Made by a program: the position numbers and the translations under genes
Shown: positions 22,901 to 38,400 of the stretch, one piece after another
Position numbering within the stretch: the stretch's first letter is position 1
Layout: the number at the start of each line of letters is the position of its first letter
Assembly: GCF_000002075.1 (NCBI RefSeq)
Contig: NW_004797285.1
Coordinates: 795,417 to 859,416, forward strand
DNA length: 64,000 nt
Source of the DNA: Aplysia californica
Lineage: Eukaryota
Direction: 5' to 3'
The notes under the pieces: model-generated
The model's input: the letters and a program-made list of their open reading frames with translations, nothing else
Told to the model about the DNA's origin: nothing
Databases searched by the model: none

Positions 22901-25900
22901 AAAAAAAATTACAGCTAATAGAACAAAAAATTCGCATGTGTGAGGAGTTTTATCTTTAACATATAAAATGAAAGCCAAGAGGTCTTTACATTCTCAACCT
23001 GCTGACATAACTTATGAATCATCACAACCAGGCTACTGAAGACATTTAGTATAACTAGAGCTTGAACCCAGCATCATACAAGGATTGTAGAGTTTAGCCT
23101 GGAGTAAAGGCATCAATAGCAGCCACAGGTATCTAAGCCACAGTCTTTTATTCACACAGGTCCCAACTAGAACCAACACCCTAACAATCCCAAATGTTAA
23201 GCCACCTGTTTTGAGAAAAACGTATTACCTGGCAGCATTCAGGAGAGACAACAGCTGTTCTTTCATGCTTTTTTTTATGGGTGTGTTAGTGAAATCAAAA
23301 CATAAATTTGAGAGTAAGAGCAGTAACGTATAAAGTCCACTATCACTATCTTCTTGACAGGTTCACATAACTGGACACAATCTTTTGTATCAATAAAAAA
23401 TTTTAATTACCAGCAAAACTTCTTTTAGTAGGAGTTCTGACAGAAATATTGAACATTTTAATTTATTTTAAAGATAACTGCATCTAGACAAAAATATTTT
23501 GCTAAAAGGACCAAAAACAAAATTGTAGCCAACCATATGTACCTCATACTGTCTTGATTGAAGGGATGTCATGAAACTAAACTTTCCACATGCAACTCTA
23601 AGGGGGTACATCCCCACATACCCTTCTATCCCTTTTAAGGACACTCGGGGCAAAAGCATTAAGAATGTCAAGAGCAAAAAGAGAGACTGACAGAGGCGAC
23701 TGTAGCAACAAGATATATCATTACTCTGCCGTAAGCTGAAAAAACCGCCTTTTAAAAAAATTTACAGCAGTTTCGAGAAAAAAAGTTTTTTGACAGCGAA
23801 ACTATTTAAAAACAGTGTTCTTCCAAAATTTGAATTCTATTTTATTCAAAAACAAGTCACAGTTTCAGTTTGATTTTTTCACACAAGTGGGGTAACTGAT
23901 CAGGCTTTCGATTTACCAAGTAAAACATTTTGATGCCAAAATTTAAAATGGCGTTTTGTTCACTTCCAACAGTACCCAAAGTGTGGACAGACAGTTGACC
24001 ACCTGGACAGTCGAACGACAATGTGGAGAGCTCATTTTGCAAGGTAACAAATTACTAAAGTACCCCAGTATGAGAAGTTATGCTTTTTTTTTCAAATGTA
24101 GAAGTACTACCTTTAGAATTTCCAACATGTAGAACTGAACAGCTTTCTAGTAAATAAAAGTTGTACCAAACCATACACAAATTACTTGCTCAAATCAAAT
24201 TTCATCAGCTCAAAGAATTTTAAAAGCGGTCAACACATCAGTATACATTTTGAAAGACGGATAACAGAAAAGAAAACACTAGGAATTTGCTGATTTGGCA
24301 CTTCAGCACACTTAAAGAAGCCCAGCTTTCAAATTTAGTCAGCTACAGCTTACATTTTATTTCTAAAGAAACAAAAATGTTACTATTTTTATACAAGTAA
24401 TCTCTATGGCAAAACTGAACAAAAAACCCAACCTAATTCAATATTTAAACAAAATGATGTGAATGACCACTCAGTTTCCAAATTTGATCTCACATAATAA
24501 GAAACACTACAAGACACATAACAAAGCCCACAGACTTGAGTTCACAGGGTCATAGGCCCTGTTGGATCACAGGCAGACATTCTGTACAGCATGTACAATT
24601 TAGACAATTCAAAGAGAAAGAATACTCATGATATGTACGCATATACAGAACTGACCTTTGTTTCTCGGTGGAATAAGTTATACAAAAGTGAAAGACATGC
24701 ATTTTAGTTTCTTCCATTCTCTTTGTATGTGGACTTTGCACCTTAAAACACATAGCTCCCTAATGCCCATGAGTTCATCACAAGTTCCATTATTGTACCC
24801 ACTGAAAGGGATTGGAAGGAAACAAAGACATTGACTTTACAATATTAACATGATGAATATTTATTTACTGTACAATAAGACATACAGCCCCTTTACTCAC
24901 AGGGCATGCATTGATTGTGAGTTCAGTCATTGGTCGATGAAAACCCTTTACCGTTCTGTAAGAGACCTGTCGTGTTTTTGAAAGCCAGACACACATGCTT
25001 TACTTTATGTACAACTGTGAAATAAAATGTGTTTCCTTGTTTGCACCTGTGTGACCGATACTGAAGGTAATGTGAAAGCTGTGTGCATGTAGATGACAAA
25101 ACACTGCCATCTTAAGACTAGCAGATGGTTCTCAATAAATGACATTCTGTACAGCAAATAGTTCTCACAACAAAACTTCTTGCCAACAAAACACTGCACA
25201 GCAAAGACAGTCTGGAGTTGTGACTTGAAGTTAAAAAATCAAAATTTTGACAAAATTCACATCACGTGCACAGGAATACTCACAAACAAGCAAATTAAAA
25301 AACAATTAGCGGAAACAAAAATGTGAAATTTTTTCTATGAATACTTCAAATACACAGGAATAAATGCTATCATGAAATTTAAGTGACTTTCGTAGCATAA
25401 CGGTATTTTAGGGGTAACTAAAGATAAAGTAAAACACTACTTGTTCTTTATTTGGACATCAGGCTGAGAGATATAGCGTCTCTGGAAGGAAAAAAAAAAA
25501 TCAACCCTAAACCACATTTGAACCCAACACTTTTGTGCATTGGTTAAGTTTTCAACTAACTGCTCCAGAATACTCCGGTATAATTTTTTTAAAAATTAGG
25601 TAAAATGTAATGATTATGAAAAAAGTACAGGGAAAAAAATAACAGGTAAATGAGATAGCAGTAAAGAATCATACAGATTCTGAATATCAATACTGTGACC
25701 ATCAACAAGTGACAAGCCTTCCTCTATCACACTTCTGGTTAAGATTTAAGAAAAAAACAACAACAAAAAAAACACATGTAAAATAAAGCATTCGCAATAT
25801 TCTTGCAGAGAGGAAAGTTTACAGTGAACCAGGCATGATGAAGGCCCCATTTCACCATAACACCATTGTCAAAAGGCAAAAGAAGATTTCTAAATTGTTT

Positions 25901-26393
25901 TCCCTGACCCTGTAAAGTAGGATCATGCAGAGTGTTTTAGTGAAGATAAGTACCTTAAAATCAAGAGTATTGAGCCATTCACTGTTTCACCGTAAGACAG
26001 TGATTAAGACTGAAGAACTTAAAAGCAAAAAAGGTGCCCATTATAATCTATTGAAGGTACTCAATAAAAGAACACAAGAAACAGTAATGACTATAAGTCA
26101 AAGATAATACAATTACATAGAGCAATACCAGAATATGAAAAACCCTATTGGACAGAAAACTTCCAAGATCTCTCAGCAGTTGTAGAAGTCTTTGTATAGA
26201 GGAAAACTATTGAAAACTGTTAGCAACTGAAAATAGGGCAAAAGATATTATTGAAAAGACTTTTCTGAAGTCTCTACTGGATCAAATTGTAACTTTGTCA
26301 CAGCTGAAACCTCATCGTCAACATATCGAACAGTTCAAGCATTCAGCCCATTTTTAGTACAACAGTGGCCTTTCATGACCAAAATTAAGTTCA

Positions 26394-26962
26394 GTTTTAG
26401 TATGAGTTTTTAACAACTTGCAACACAAATAGGTCATATAAATGTCCAAGATTAGACGCGTTACTAAAGAGTAACAACAAAAAGGACCCCCCGAGGCGGT
26501 GCTACTGACTGAGGGGTCTTTCGGCCATTCCCAGAGGGGTGAGATTAACCATGTTCTTACTCACAGTACGACTGTAATTATTGTAAATCGGCTGATTCAT
26601 CAATGTCATGCTATAACTGTGCCTGAACTACAACAGGGAACTGCTGCTTTTTCTTTCCTAATCCTTACTATCGTCGTTTTTTCCGCTACTTCTTTTGAAT
26701 GTTTGTCACACTCTTGCGGTGCCTTGATAGTCGAAGCAGACTTTGTGCCGTTGAAGCAAGAGAAGTGAGCAGAGTAAGCCTGATTCCCTGTAAGGACGTC
26801 TCAGATGCCATCCACCCCTTGGTGCTCATATGACCTTATGCAATTGCGAGCGCCGTAAAACCTCTACAAAAACTAAAAAAGAACAAAAAGAGGAGGGTTA
26901 TGGACGAAAGATGTTTGATAGAAAAGAAGGAACATACAACACCACAGCATCAGTCAACCATC
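26394..26962. mobile_element. R1 copy (-) interrupted by an R2 copy (+, ~26485-26878)
   Basis: R1 halves at 26394-26476 and 26878-26962 flank the inverted R2. Confidence 0.7.
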
Positions 26963-27834
26963 AAAAACCAAATAGGACCTGTCTCAAGCTATAGTTTTAA
27001 TGGTAAAAATACAGTGAGCAGAGAAACAGATAATACTACTTTGGAATGCTAGGAATGTAACATCTACAGAAATATTAGCAGCATCTGGAAATAATGGACC
27101 AGGCAGAATGATTGTCCCTCAATTGTGACTAGCATCTTCTTAACACACGGCAGACGGGACCATCAGTCAAGAATGTGAAGCACTTCTGTATATCATTTAA
27201 GTTTCAGAACAAAAAAGAGGACACTTGATCCTCATTATATGATTTAAAAATCAATACAATTGGCTGTCTTAAATAAGAGGTTATCAAAAGCCTATTACCG
27301 GAAAAAATACTTGTCCTTATTTTATTTCCATCAGTACTCTGAAATAGCCAGCTTCTTCACTCCATTTTAAGCCTGGGTCACTGATGCCAGTATCTGCCAT
27401 TACAGATAGATTAAACATTGGTCATAGCAGAATCTCAATACAAAACTACCGATTAAACTTCCACTTTTCTTATTTGCTCTGAGCGATACATCTTGAGAGA
27501 CATTCAACATATCATCAACAGGCTATGACAACTATCATAGTTTTGAGCAAATTGAAAATAAAAAGTTTCAATTTGATGTCTTTTCTCAACTCAGGCCATA
27601 ATAATTTTTGTATAGTAAGTTGGAAAATGATGGTGGAATTTACGTGTTTGTAGGTAATTATACAAGAGATGCCAAGGTGAATCTGTTTTATGTTGACCAC
27701 TATCCTAGCATGTTAGCAATATATTTGTCTGCCCAACAAATAGGTCATTGACTTGAATGTGAGAAAATTTTAAAAAGTCCCACAAAAGCAAATAGAAAAT
27801 TTGTATAAAAACTCATAACAAAAAAATATCGATA

Positions 27835-28250
27835 TGTGAGGCACCATGGTGAAGTCAGGCGCTTGTCCCAATAATGAAATCAAAGAATCTGCATTTTTAC
27901 GGCTGTTGGGCAATCTTGAAAATTTTTTTCTTCTGTTTCACGTGACACCTTTTACGTCCATTTAAAAACATTTATGTGTGGAATTTACTGAAAAATGTTG
28001 ATCAAAGGCACCAAAAATGTAATTTGCAGTTTCCAAGGACTTTCTAGCTCTGATAGTCACCAAACTTTGGCAGCCATTTTCTAGCTAATTTTACCTCTGA
28101 AACCAGGCAACCTCCACCTCCTTCAATTGCAAATATCTTGACGTCTATATAAGATAGATGGGTAATTTTTTCATCAAAAGCAAAACAATGTACAATAACT
28201 CCACATGCCCAAAAGTTGACGAGCGCTTGATTCCACCACGTCTTGACACA
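27835..28250 (+). mobile_element. MITE family M1 copy
   Basis: Best-preserved TIR pair. Confidence 0.8.
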
Positions 28251-28447
28251 CACATATTTTTATGGTTTTTTTGCATTGTACTGGAAAAAATTTGGCAAAA
28301 ATAAAAAAGGGAGGGTAAATGGAAGGACAGGAGGTAAAAACTACAATAGTATCTGGGAATGATAACAAACAAAGTGAAATTCTACAAATAAAAAAGAGTA
28401 GCTAGGTGGGTCAGCAACTTTCCAGAGAGACTAAAGTATTTTTTTTT

Positions 28448-28956
28448 TGTAAATGCTTTATGGTGCTCACAACTGCATTAGGCCATATGAGAGCGTGGAA
28501 ACACCAGATGTTTTTTCAGTTAGTAGGAAATTTTGAATTTTGCACAGGTGGCGGGTGAAGCCTACACTTATCGATTTTGGACCGCCAAGTAATCTTTAAC
28601 ATATGCAACTAGTATACATGACCGCTGAGATTTTTCGCACTTGTCTAAGAAAGCTAGGTGTAGATCTTTCCTACCAGAAAATCAGGGATGTGGCTGAAAC
28701 ACATCAATAAGAAGGAGCCAAGGAGGAGCAATAGAAAGGCTGTAGAAAGAGTCACGAGCCCAGAAGAGGGGGCAAAGGAGGTTAAAAGGTGGTGGCAGAA
28801 AGTGCAGACAAAAGCAGACGACAGAACATTATTAGATAGCAAGAAAGGATGTGAAAGGAGAAAATTTTAGAAAAGAAAATTTTCCGTCGCTACCTAGATT
28901 CAAACTCAGGACCAATTAAAAGAGAGGCTAACGTCTTGGTCATGAGAGCCCTCTTC
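28448..28956 (-). mobile_element. R3 SINE, near full length
   Basis: Minus-strand head with B-box-like GAGTTTGAATC (~28897-28907), central core, shared 3' tail. Confidence 0.75.
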
Positions 28957-29295
28957 TAAAGTATGCATCTAAGAGGGCAAAATGGAAAAATAGGGCAAAG
29001 GACCAATAGTGTTGTTCCCACAACAGAAGAACGAACAGTTATTTTTAGTCTCACTTTTCACAAAATGTTACGTTAAAAAATAGAAAACTAAATAATTTTT
29101 TTGTGATAAAACTAAACACAACAGAAAGAGTAAAATTATCAAACCCCTTGCCCATACACTGAACCAAAGTTATAGAGTCTCCTGCACACAATATATGTTT
29201 GTGGTCTGTTGGCTGCATCCCTGACCCCCCCCCCCCCCCAGTACATTTTGATCTCAGAGTCTGCCCTATGCTAAAACAACAGGCTTCGGTCTGTG

Positions 29296-29498
29296 TTATG
29301 ATAACGAAGTATTTTCGTGAAGGTCTTTGAAAAAGGCATGGACAGCATGGAATCCTCTTTTGTCGATGTTCATCCTCACACCATCCACCTCCTTGAACAG
29401 GTGATCAGCACAGATGTCCTCTGGGAGCTTGGTCAGGAACTGTGCCATGTGGATGAAGTCCATTTTCATCAGCACCACTTCATAGAGCTTCAGGATAC
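29296..29498 (-). CDS. TBC1D14: TBC1D14-like last coding exon
   Basis: GILKLYE...[16 protein letters not shown]...stop. Confidence 0.92.
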
Positions 29499-32400
29499 CT
29501 GAAGAGACAGGCAAAAGGCTTTGGTGATGCAGGCTAATCTAATCAGCAGGTTTGATAAGTATGCAACTGTATGAGTTCAGTAGCCTTCAACATTGGAACC
29601 TTTGATATTACATAAACCTCCATTTTGTCCTTCTCAGCCTTCCCCCACATTTTAAGCAGCCATATTTGTGCCTACAACAATACAAATTTTTATTTAAAAA
29701 TTAAGACAACTTTTTTCAGAGCCCACTTACAGGTCTCAGGCTACACTATGTTGCTGCTCACAGTACATATTATGCATTTCATTATTGGTACCATGAACTT
29801 GACTTCTCTCTCTTTCCGTTCCTATTTTAGACCTAGGCTGATTACTGATTAATCCAGTCTGTGTATTTCTTTGATTACTGGATGGGTTTTTTTGTGCAAG
29901 GTCATTACAGTCTTATCTATTCACTTCCAGTTGATCAGTCGAATAGAGTTGAAAAAAAGACAAACATTTGAGGGGTTCTATTCTCAGGGAATGTAATTGT
30001 GGCTTGGTTCTATACATTAAATGTTTCCATGAGGCATACTAATGGTAATCTGAGGATGAGGGGAAGTACATAAATGAGTGTAAGTTTTTTGCATATGTAA
30101 CTTTATTATCTTCGTCTATATTATCACCACGCGCCGTTTTTTATGCACATCGATAAGCAGGTTTCGGCACACTCGCTTTCCAAAGGTCCCAAATCAGCCC
30201 AGACCTGCTTAGCTTATGTGTGCTGGGCACCAGCAGGTCTGGAATTTACACGACCGAATTGTTGGTGCATCAGTCTGCTTGTGTTTGTGTATGTTTGTGG
30301 CCTACGTCTAGAACTGCCACTGTTGGTTTGAAACCAAGGTGTACATCTCTTTCAAAACAGGTAAATTTGGTAGCTCTATATGTTCATTCATCCAAAGAAA
30401 TTTGAGCAAATTGACCCTCTTAAGACATGAGGAACTCGAAAGGACAACCAGGAAACAAGACTTTCATTTTTCAATTAAAAAATCTTTCAAAAGAGCATGA
30501 TTTTTACATAAAATTTTATTTGCTGATGAAATCATTCTATTTAATAGTTTTGAAAACTATTGTGCAGCTAGAAAAAAAATTTGAGAGCAAAACATTTGGA
30601 AATTGACCTATATTTTTTCCTATCCAACTCCAGATCGTAAGTAACATCAATAAGTTCTAGAAGGTTTATTTGAATGGGTGTAACCACTTGTAATGACTTG
30701 TTAACTTATTAAAGGAGGTTATTCATATTCTCGTGACACTTATTTATAGAAACCTTGTGTGCGCTATAAAAAATAAGGTGTTATTTCCAATATAAATAAA
30801 CACACTGTCGAGTGACCCTGGTGCCTCATGGAGAATGCTGGCCATAAGAAGAAGTTGGTCTTATCAGTGGATTAAAGTCGCATCTCTGTAAGTGCGCAGA
30901 TTTCAGAGTTGAATAGTGAAATGGAAAATCAACAGGTGTCATGAACAGCCCACTTCATTTGTTTCTTTTCCTGCTCAGTTGATAATAAAAAAAATTACCC
31001 TGATCTGAGCACACATTGCGGCCTTCTTTCATGCTGGTCATTTGAGCAGTTTTCATAACTTTTACCTATGAAAATGTATTTCATTTCAGACAGTTTAACT
31101 TGCTCTTCTTTAAAATTCCCATTGGGATATTCGGAGCACATTTTCCCTTCTGCTTTAACCCATAAAGAGATTGATTTTTATGTATACAGCCCATTTTTTT
31201 CATACTGAGCAGGCTATAGGCATTAACGGTAATGTCTCAATTACACAGTTAAACACCGGACTCTTAAAAAATGCAACCTTGGCATGGAAAGACAGTCATA
31301 TACATACCTATTGCAGTCCTGAATAAGAATTCCTCGCCATCTCGACAGAAGACATCCCATACACGGCATGCCACATCCAGAGGCAGTGACTTGCTATATA
31401 GCAAGAAAACCCTGGGATAGAAGGTAGAATTTTCTTCAAGAATAGCGCTGCTTAATGCTCAAACTTTTCATCCATTCAGTATCTTTCATTCTTAAATAAA
31501 TCGAAATAAGCACAGCTGATTGACCCAGCAACAAGACACTGCACTACAACCACAGCCGGAAACAAAATTAAAAGCAATCACAAATATTGTTGAACATATC
31601 ATTTCATAACATTACAATTTCTACACATTTCATCTTTTGAGGACAAGGATCTGAAAGAGAGACTTCATACAAAAGCATACTTATAAAGGTTTTAAAAAAC
31701 CATAATGAAACCTATTACAAAAGTGCTGAAATATACATTGTGCATGAAGTACACATAAAGGTGCTGATCATGTACTGAAACAGGTTAAACTAAATGTGGT
31801 AAAAAGGAAATGGATTAAGATGCCCCAAAAATAATAAATATGCTGTAACTATACTTTTTATGAGGTCACTTCATCCAAAACAAAAGAGTAAAAAAGTTCT
31901 CAACAAATTTTGTTTTGTAAATCCTACCGAATATAATGATCTGACAAGATTTCAGTTTTCACTTACCATTCCATGAGGTACAAGTTGGGAGTAACACTAT
32001 GATAGTTGAAGTGAGCATAGAGCTTAGGCAGATTTTCTTTGAAAAATTCCTCAAAGGTTCTGTAGTATGCAGTCATCTGTGGAAAAAAGACAGGTTCTTC
32101 AATACACTGAATGACAGTTCAGAGACTTCTACCTTTCTTTATAATGTCTTTTCTCTGTACTATTTGTAATTTTACTGCTCCATTACAAATCATTGATAAA
32201 GAATTCCTCCTGGACTAAAGGGCAGACAATCTGGATTTAAGTCAAATCACAGATTGACTTGAAATGTTGCTGGTCTCATGGTCAGGCAACACTGGGTGGA
32301 GTTTCCAGGCCAGGAACAAAAAGGGATTCTCGAACTCTGTTTGCTCCGCTACTTTGCCAAGCCCTAAGATCTGACAAGGATATTATCAGGCAGTTTTTTG

Positions 32401-35400
32401 CCTTTTAGATAACCTCACCTCGGGGAAAGGAGCATAAAACCTGTTCTGAATACACTTCATCCAGACAGGCAGGGAGAACAAATCCACACTTTTCCCTTTT
32501 GATGACAGTTATATATTTTCTTCTACACTACAAAGATTGAAAAACATTTCAAAGAAAAAGTAAAAAGATATGTGACAGCAGCTATTGTCATAAGAAACAA
32601 GAGTAAATACACTTCCCCCCAAAAAACACCCATTTATACCGCCATACTTTCATTTTTGAATCAACAATTAGCATTTTACTTTGGCAAAATATACCCTCTC
32701 CCCACATTAAAAAAAAAATCACCCAATAAAAGAATCCAATAACAAATGTTTTCATTACCATTTGGCAGACTTTTCACCCTGTTAAGAAACTTAGAGCTTA
32801 CCATATTCTCGTCCATGCGGAAAAAAGTGACCTGGCATGGTCGGTTGAGCAAGTTGGCGAAGCAGACAAAGGCATCAGCCACATCCATATTGAGCAGCAA
32901 GATAGCAGCAATAAATGACATACCTTGCACCTGCAGAGGCCAGATAAGAACAAGTTCTTGTATAATGTACACAATTTATGACAAAAGACCCATCAAAATT
33001 ACATGTATATTGTTACACTTTCGATTATTTAAAATAATGGAAAATTAGAAAACATATAAATACAACCCATCAATTACACATTTGTCGCTTTCATTTGTTC
33101 CCAACACAGAAACTCTTTCAAGTCAAGCAACAGACATGTATTTCTTAAAAACATTCACATAAAAAGAGATGTAATTCGACACAATGACCTTCATTAGTCA
33201 AAGACAGAAATAAGCAGCAGACCTAGAAAGCAATGGTGCCCTTGCATTATATGCTGTACATCGATTGTACTATAAATCTTGATCAACAGCCTTCATGATT
33301 TTAACAGTCAGTCTGCATGTATAAATTCAAAATTCCATTTCCGCTTTCCCAAGTTCTGCTATACAATTTATGGTCAAATTTCAACAAATTAAAAAAAAAA
33401 GCCTTGTTAATGCTAGGTGACACGATTATAAATCTTCAATCTGAAGCCTACATAAAACGGTCATTCCAGATGTACCTTGAGAAAAGATGCCTAATGAGTG
33501 CAGACATTTTTAATTCTTCTAAAATATAATCTGGTAACTTTAAAAGAAAAGACATATAGTTTGGGTATAACATAAATTCCATTGTTCATAAAAGCTAAGA
33601 TATGATATACATCTTAATGAATCATTCAAATTGTAAAAAAATACTCCAGCTACAGAAACAAATGCAATACACTTGTTACAGATTAATAATCGACCTGTCA
33701 ACCACTCCATGATAAAAAATAAGAGTGTCCCTATTAATCCTCCCAAATTTGTCCTCATCATTAACAACAAGTCACACATATATTACAATTAATACCATAT
33801 ATTTTCAATAACAAAACAACAAAAAACAAAATGAACGGAGATCTATGACAAGCAAAGGAAAACTGGCAAACTATGATTTAATTAGAATACTTGACAGGTC
33901 TGTAATACTTACATAGCCCACATCTGGCCGGTAGCAGGCATAAGCACCTAACAAACTGTGGAGAAGGTCATAATAGGGACCACCCTGAAAAAAAAAAAAT
34001 TAACAGACTTGCGATAGGAGTTTGGAACAAGCCTTCTTTTCTCTGTTGTAGGGGTATCAAACCATGAAATATCCTTCAAAAGATAGAAATCATACAAATG
34101 AATGATAAGAAATATGTTGCTCCATTATGTCATTATTTTCTAACCAAATTCCACAGTACCAAATTGCCATGACAATCAAAAGTAAGAGATCTGTAAAAAA
34201 CCAAAATTGATCTACACCAACAATGCGCAATCAATAATAATAACAATAAAGTTCATTTGTATACACCTATCTCATGTGCAACTATAAACCTTTACATTGT
34301 TCACAACTAACCAGTATCATGTCATATCATGAGATGCGAATGCGCGCAGGTTCACAGACCAGTCACGATGTCAAGCCCGATTCTCTAAAAATCGGAAGAT
34401 GCTTGTATTTTCTTTTTTTTTTTTCACACAAGTGACAACACAGTGGCGAGTCCAAGTATTGATTGAATTTTATTTGCACGGCGACACAGCGTTTATACTG
34501 CACAACCTGCATGTTACAAATGTTGCGTTATCAGTCTATTGCTGGCAAATTTCTGGGTGGTAACGAAAGCGAAAGTAGATCTTCATTTTCCCGATCAAGC
34601 CTAGGTTTCACATTCACTTCCTCAAGCCAGCATAGCCGCCTGTTCGCATGAAACGAATTCTCGGACCGTGAAAAGTCGAACGAATAATAGTAAAAGATGG
34701 GACTTGCTAATCACCGAGTACCGCAGCTATGACACCGTTCACTGAAAAGTCTCGCCGGGTTCATTACTCAGTACGCAGATTTAATTTACGACCGTTTACT
34801 ACCGTCACAGCACTTTTCTACCATTTACGACCTTTACGACCCGGGCGTTGAATTTACGACTTTTTAACGACTTTATGACCTTGCTGGACATCCTGTGTAA
34901 GAGCTCATGCCAGTTGACTACCATCCATTTTACCATGCTCAGTCAACTGACTAGCACTGAACAAAGCTGATCGGGAAAGTAGAGATTCACAATAATTGAA
35001 TTCTTGTTACTTTTTTGTCATTGTTTATTATACAGGAACTCAAGCATGAGAAATAATAAAAGTTAAATGCACAGGAAGAAATGAACCCCGCCTAGGCACA
35101 ATTAAACAATACAGGTTACTATAGTCTCTCAACCATGCCCCAAACAATAGGATGCAAATTAAGTGACCAGGTTTTAAATTTTATTATAATTCAGCCGAGA
35201 ATTGAACCCATAACCCCCTGATCCAGATTAGAACCCCGAGACCAACATGAGCCATATGGAGGCCCTGCTCTTGGGAGGATATCAAACAAAACTGGAGGTT
35301 TCTCAGACAATACTGAAAAAAGTGTTATCCTGGCTTTTTAGACAACTTTAGTTCGGGTTGTTATGGGGTTTTGTTTGATATTTTTGTAAACACATAGAGG

Positions 35401-38400
35401 TCATCTTATCAACAATTCTAGTCGTGCAATTGATGACCTGACATACTGGGATATTTCGTGTAGTACAGCTAAATTTCCAAACGGGCAGATATAGAGCCCC
35501 ACCCCACCCCTCTTCTTAAATAACCTCCATTATGAAAAAACAGGCAACAAAGTTTGAACCAACACCCCCCCAGTAACCAGGCTTACGCTCAACCATTAGG
35601 GTTAATTAATATACTGACAAAGGACCAGTCAAAGCACTGAACTTGTCATTCAAAAGCATTTTGTTTGAACCAGTCAGCTTTCGTTAAGATATTAGTTTAA
35701 ATACTAGGCCTTTAACTCACCGTCGTCCATGGAGATCTATACTTACTATGACGGCGAACAGAAGCACACAGCTGCGCCTAACCGGCCACATAACGCCTCG
35801 TGTCACGGCTGAGCGCGAAAGTGTCATGCGCGAACCGCTTAGTGCAGAGAACTGGCCACTTGCATTGTGCTGCACATTTTTTGTCATCCCATAATCGGCT
35901 ATGTGCCAAATAAAACTATTGGTTGTGGTATTTAAGACCATCAAGAACACCATCATTAAGAAAAATCAAGTAGTATTTGGTCCCAACGCTTATAACTTAA
36001 CCTTTTGTATAGAAATATGTAAGAACATGCTGCACGTTTTAACAAAAATCAGTTTTTTGTCCTCCTATAAAATTTGCCTTTCTGCACGTAGCCGGTTTGA
36101 GAATAACACCGCCGATATGAATCCTCCATATAGTCTATATAAATCTAGATCTAGAAGAACAAGTGAGTAGGCCTTGAATGAAATCCACATCTGAACAATT
36201 GGTCAACAAACTAAATTCAAAATGGCCGCTCGAGCACTAAACTGAAAGTAGATGTAATTCACATCATCAGTTTTTTTTCCGCATTGGTATTTCTACTCAG
36301 GTTCCAATTATGTCAGGAACGCCTACGTCTGCACAAAACGAAAGTGCAGACAAAGCCGACCGGGGAAAAAAGAGGCGCTGGCGATTGGCAAGGCCTCGAA
36401 CATTGACTAATACAGGTGAGCCTAGAGATAGCATTGCCTGGGTCGTGGGTCGGGTAGCAATTGTTGGATTTCAGACGATTGTCAGCAAACATGCAGGTCT
36501 ACAAAAGGGACAGGATAATTGTAGAATCTAGTCCCTAGGAGCAACAAAAAGCATTAATTTTCTTTACAAAAACCCAGAATAACCAAATGAAACAGAAAAA
36601 CAAACCTTTTGGAATATACATAGTTGAGGGAATGTTCGAGACACATCTAACTTGATAACTTTTACACTGGACTCTTTGTTTGACGAACTGCTCGTCAAGG
36701 AACCCAAGGACGCTATAGAAGAGAAAAAAAAAAGCATTCAATGAACAACACCAATTACATCTGAGTAAATAAAGCAAATAAAAATCATGTTATCATCAAA
36801 TTAATTTGAAAGCAAAGAAAATTTTCATTATTGTGTTCTTAAACAGATCTTGTGCGTTTAGATTAAATCTTGTGCACTTAGACTTGAGATAAGGTTGCCA
36901 GAGCCGGGATTACAGTCTTCTCTTCAGTTGTGGGTTGTGCATTCAACACTGCATCTTTAGAAAAGACACCTTACTACTGTGTTTTGCTCATTTATCTCAG
37001 GTACCATTTAAATATCAATATAATGGTTTGCGGCTAATAGAAGCAACAGCAATACATATAAAACCCCAATTTGTGTCAAAACACAGTGGTAGCGCAGAAC
37101 TTTGTACAACTATCACTCAGAAGTGCACATTCCAAATTGACAACCCCTTACAATGGCAAGATCACTCCTGTGGTAGTGCAAGAAACAGATCAGCCATAAA
37201 ATTACTAATTTCGCTTAAAACTGATGGAAAAATATCTCGCAAATGCCCTCCTTTTTTTATTCGAAATTATAACTTTGCCAGTGAGGGAAAAAAGTTTAGG
37301 GACAAGAAGTGTGGCAGAATTGCCCAATGAGAAAAGCCAGTGACTGCCCCTGACTGGCGAGAGGACAGTGCGAGAAGGCTATGTTGTATCTTTGATGGTC
37401 GTCTGTGAATCACTCAATATTAGAAAATGAATAACTCAATATTAGAAAACTTGACACCTCAGGGCAAGCTCTGCTCAATAACACTACCCACCGCAGGAGA
37501 CCAGATGCCAAGTGGTTCATAATATAATACTCTTCTTAGAAATTCCCTAGACGGCATGTTCATTTAACTGTACTTTTCTTGTTACTCCAGGTGCATACTA
37601 TCAGCTGCAGACCATAGTATTTCCTTACGCCTGTGAGAAACAAATATCCTGTTCCCCAAATACTTAAGTATAACCAGTCCTCTTTCTATTCCTCAAACCT
37701 TTGAAGCTCCACTTGAACTTAACTCATTTACTTCAATTTCATATTTAAAAAACATCCTATAAAAATACAAATTTCAAACACAATTTAGCACTGCACAAAT
37801 AGAGGTCAGTCATATTATCAGATCAAACTGACAATGGAAAGGAAATTAAATAACTACGACTAATTACACATTTCCAACTGAGATCCATATGAAATTACCT
37901 TACAAACTTTGTACCATAAAAGCATTGTTGAAAAAGATGATTAAAACATGGCAGGAGACATGAAAAATACCTTCTGACGCGGAGGTGGCCAGCCCACTCT
38001 CTGCTTGTACCAGTTTGATTCTGTCCTCAGCTCGCTCGTGGCAGATTTCATACAATTCTGGGATTGGGAACAAACACAAATAACTTTTGGTTACATTGGT
38101 CTCTGTAAAGAATAGATTTCTAAAAACAAAATTTGCATTTGGTGACAAACTGTAGATGAAGGCGAGTTGACACAATCACTGCCATATTTAATAAGAAACA
38201 GAAGAAGGCGGATGCAGTGCTGAAAAGATGTAGGAGTAAAAGTCCTACCCATTGTCAACACATAATTTGAAAGTCAATACAAACAGCATTAACAAAAAAC
38301 ACCCACTGTTGAACAACATTGATGAAATCAACTTCAGTTTGTCTAAAACACTCTGTGGGGAGCATGGCTTCTCACAGACTCAAATCAGTCTTCAAATGAA

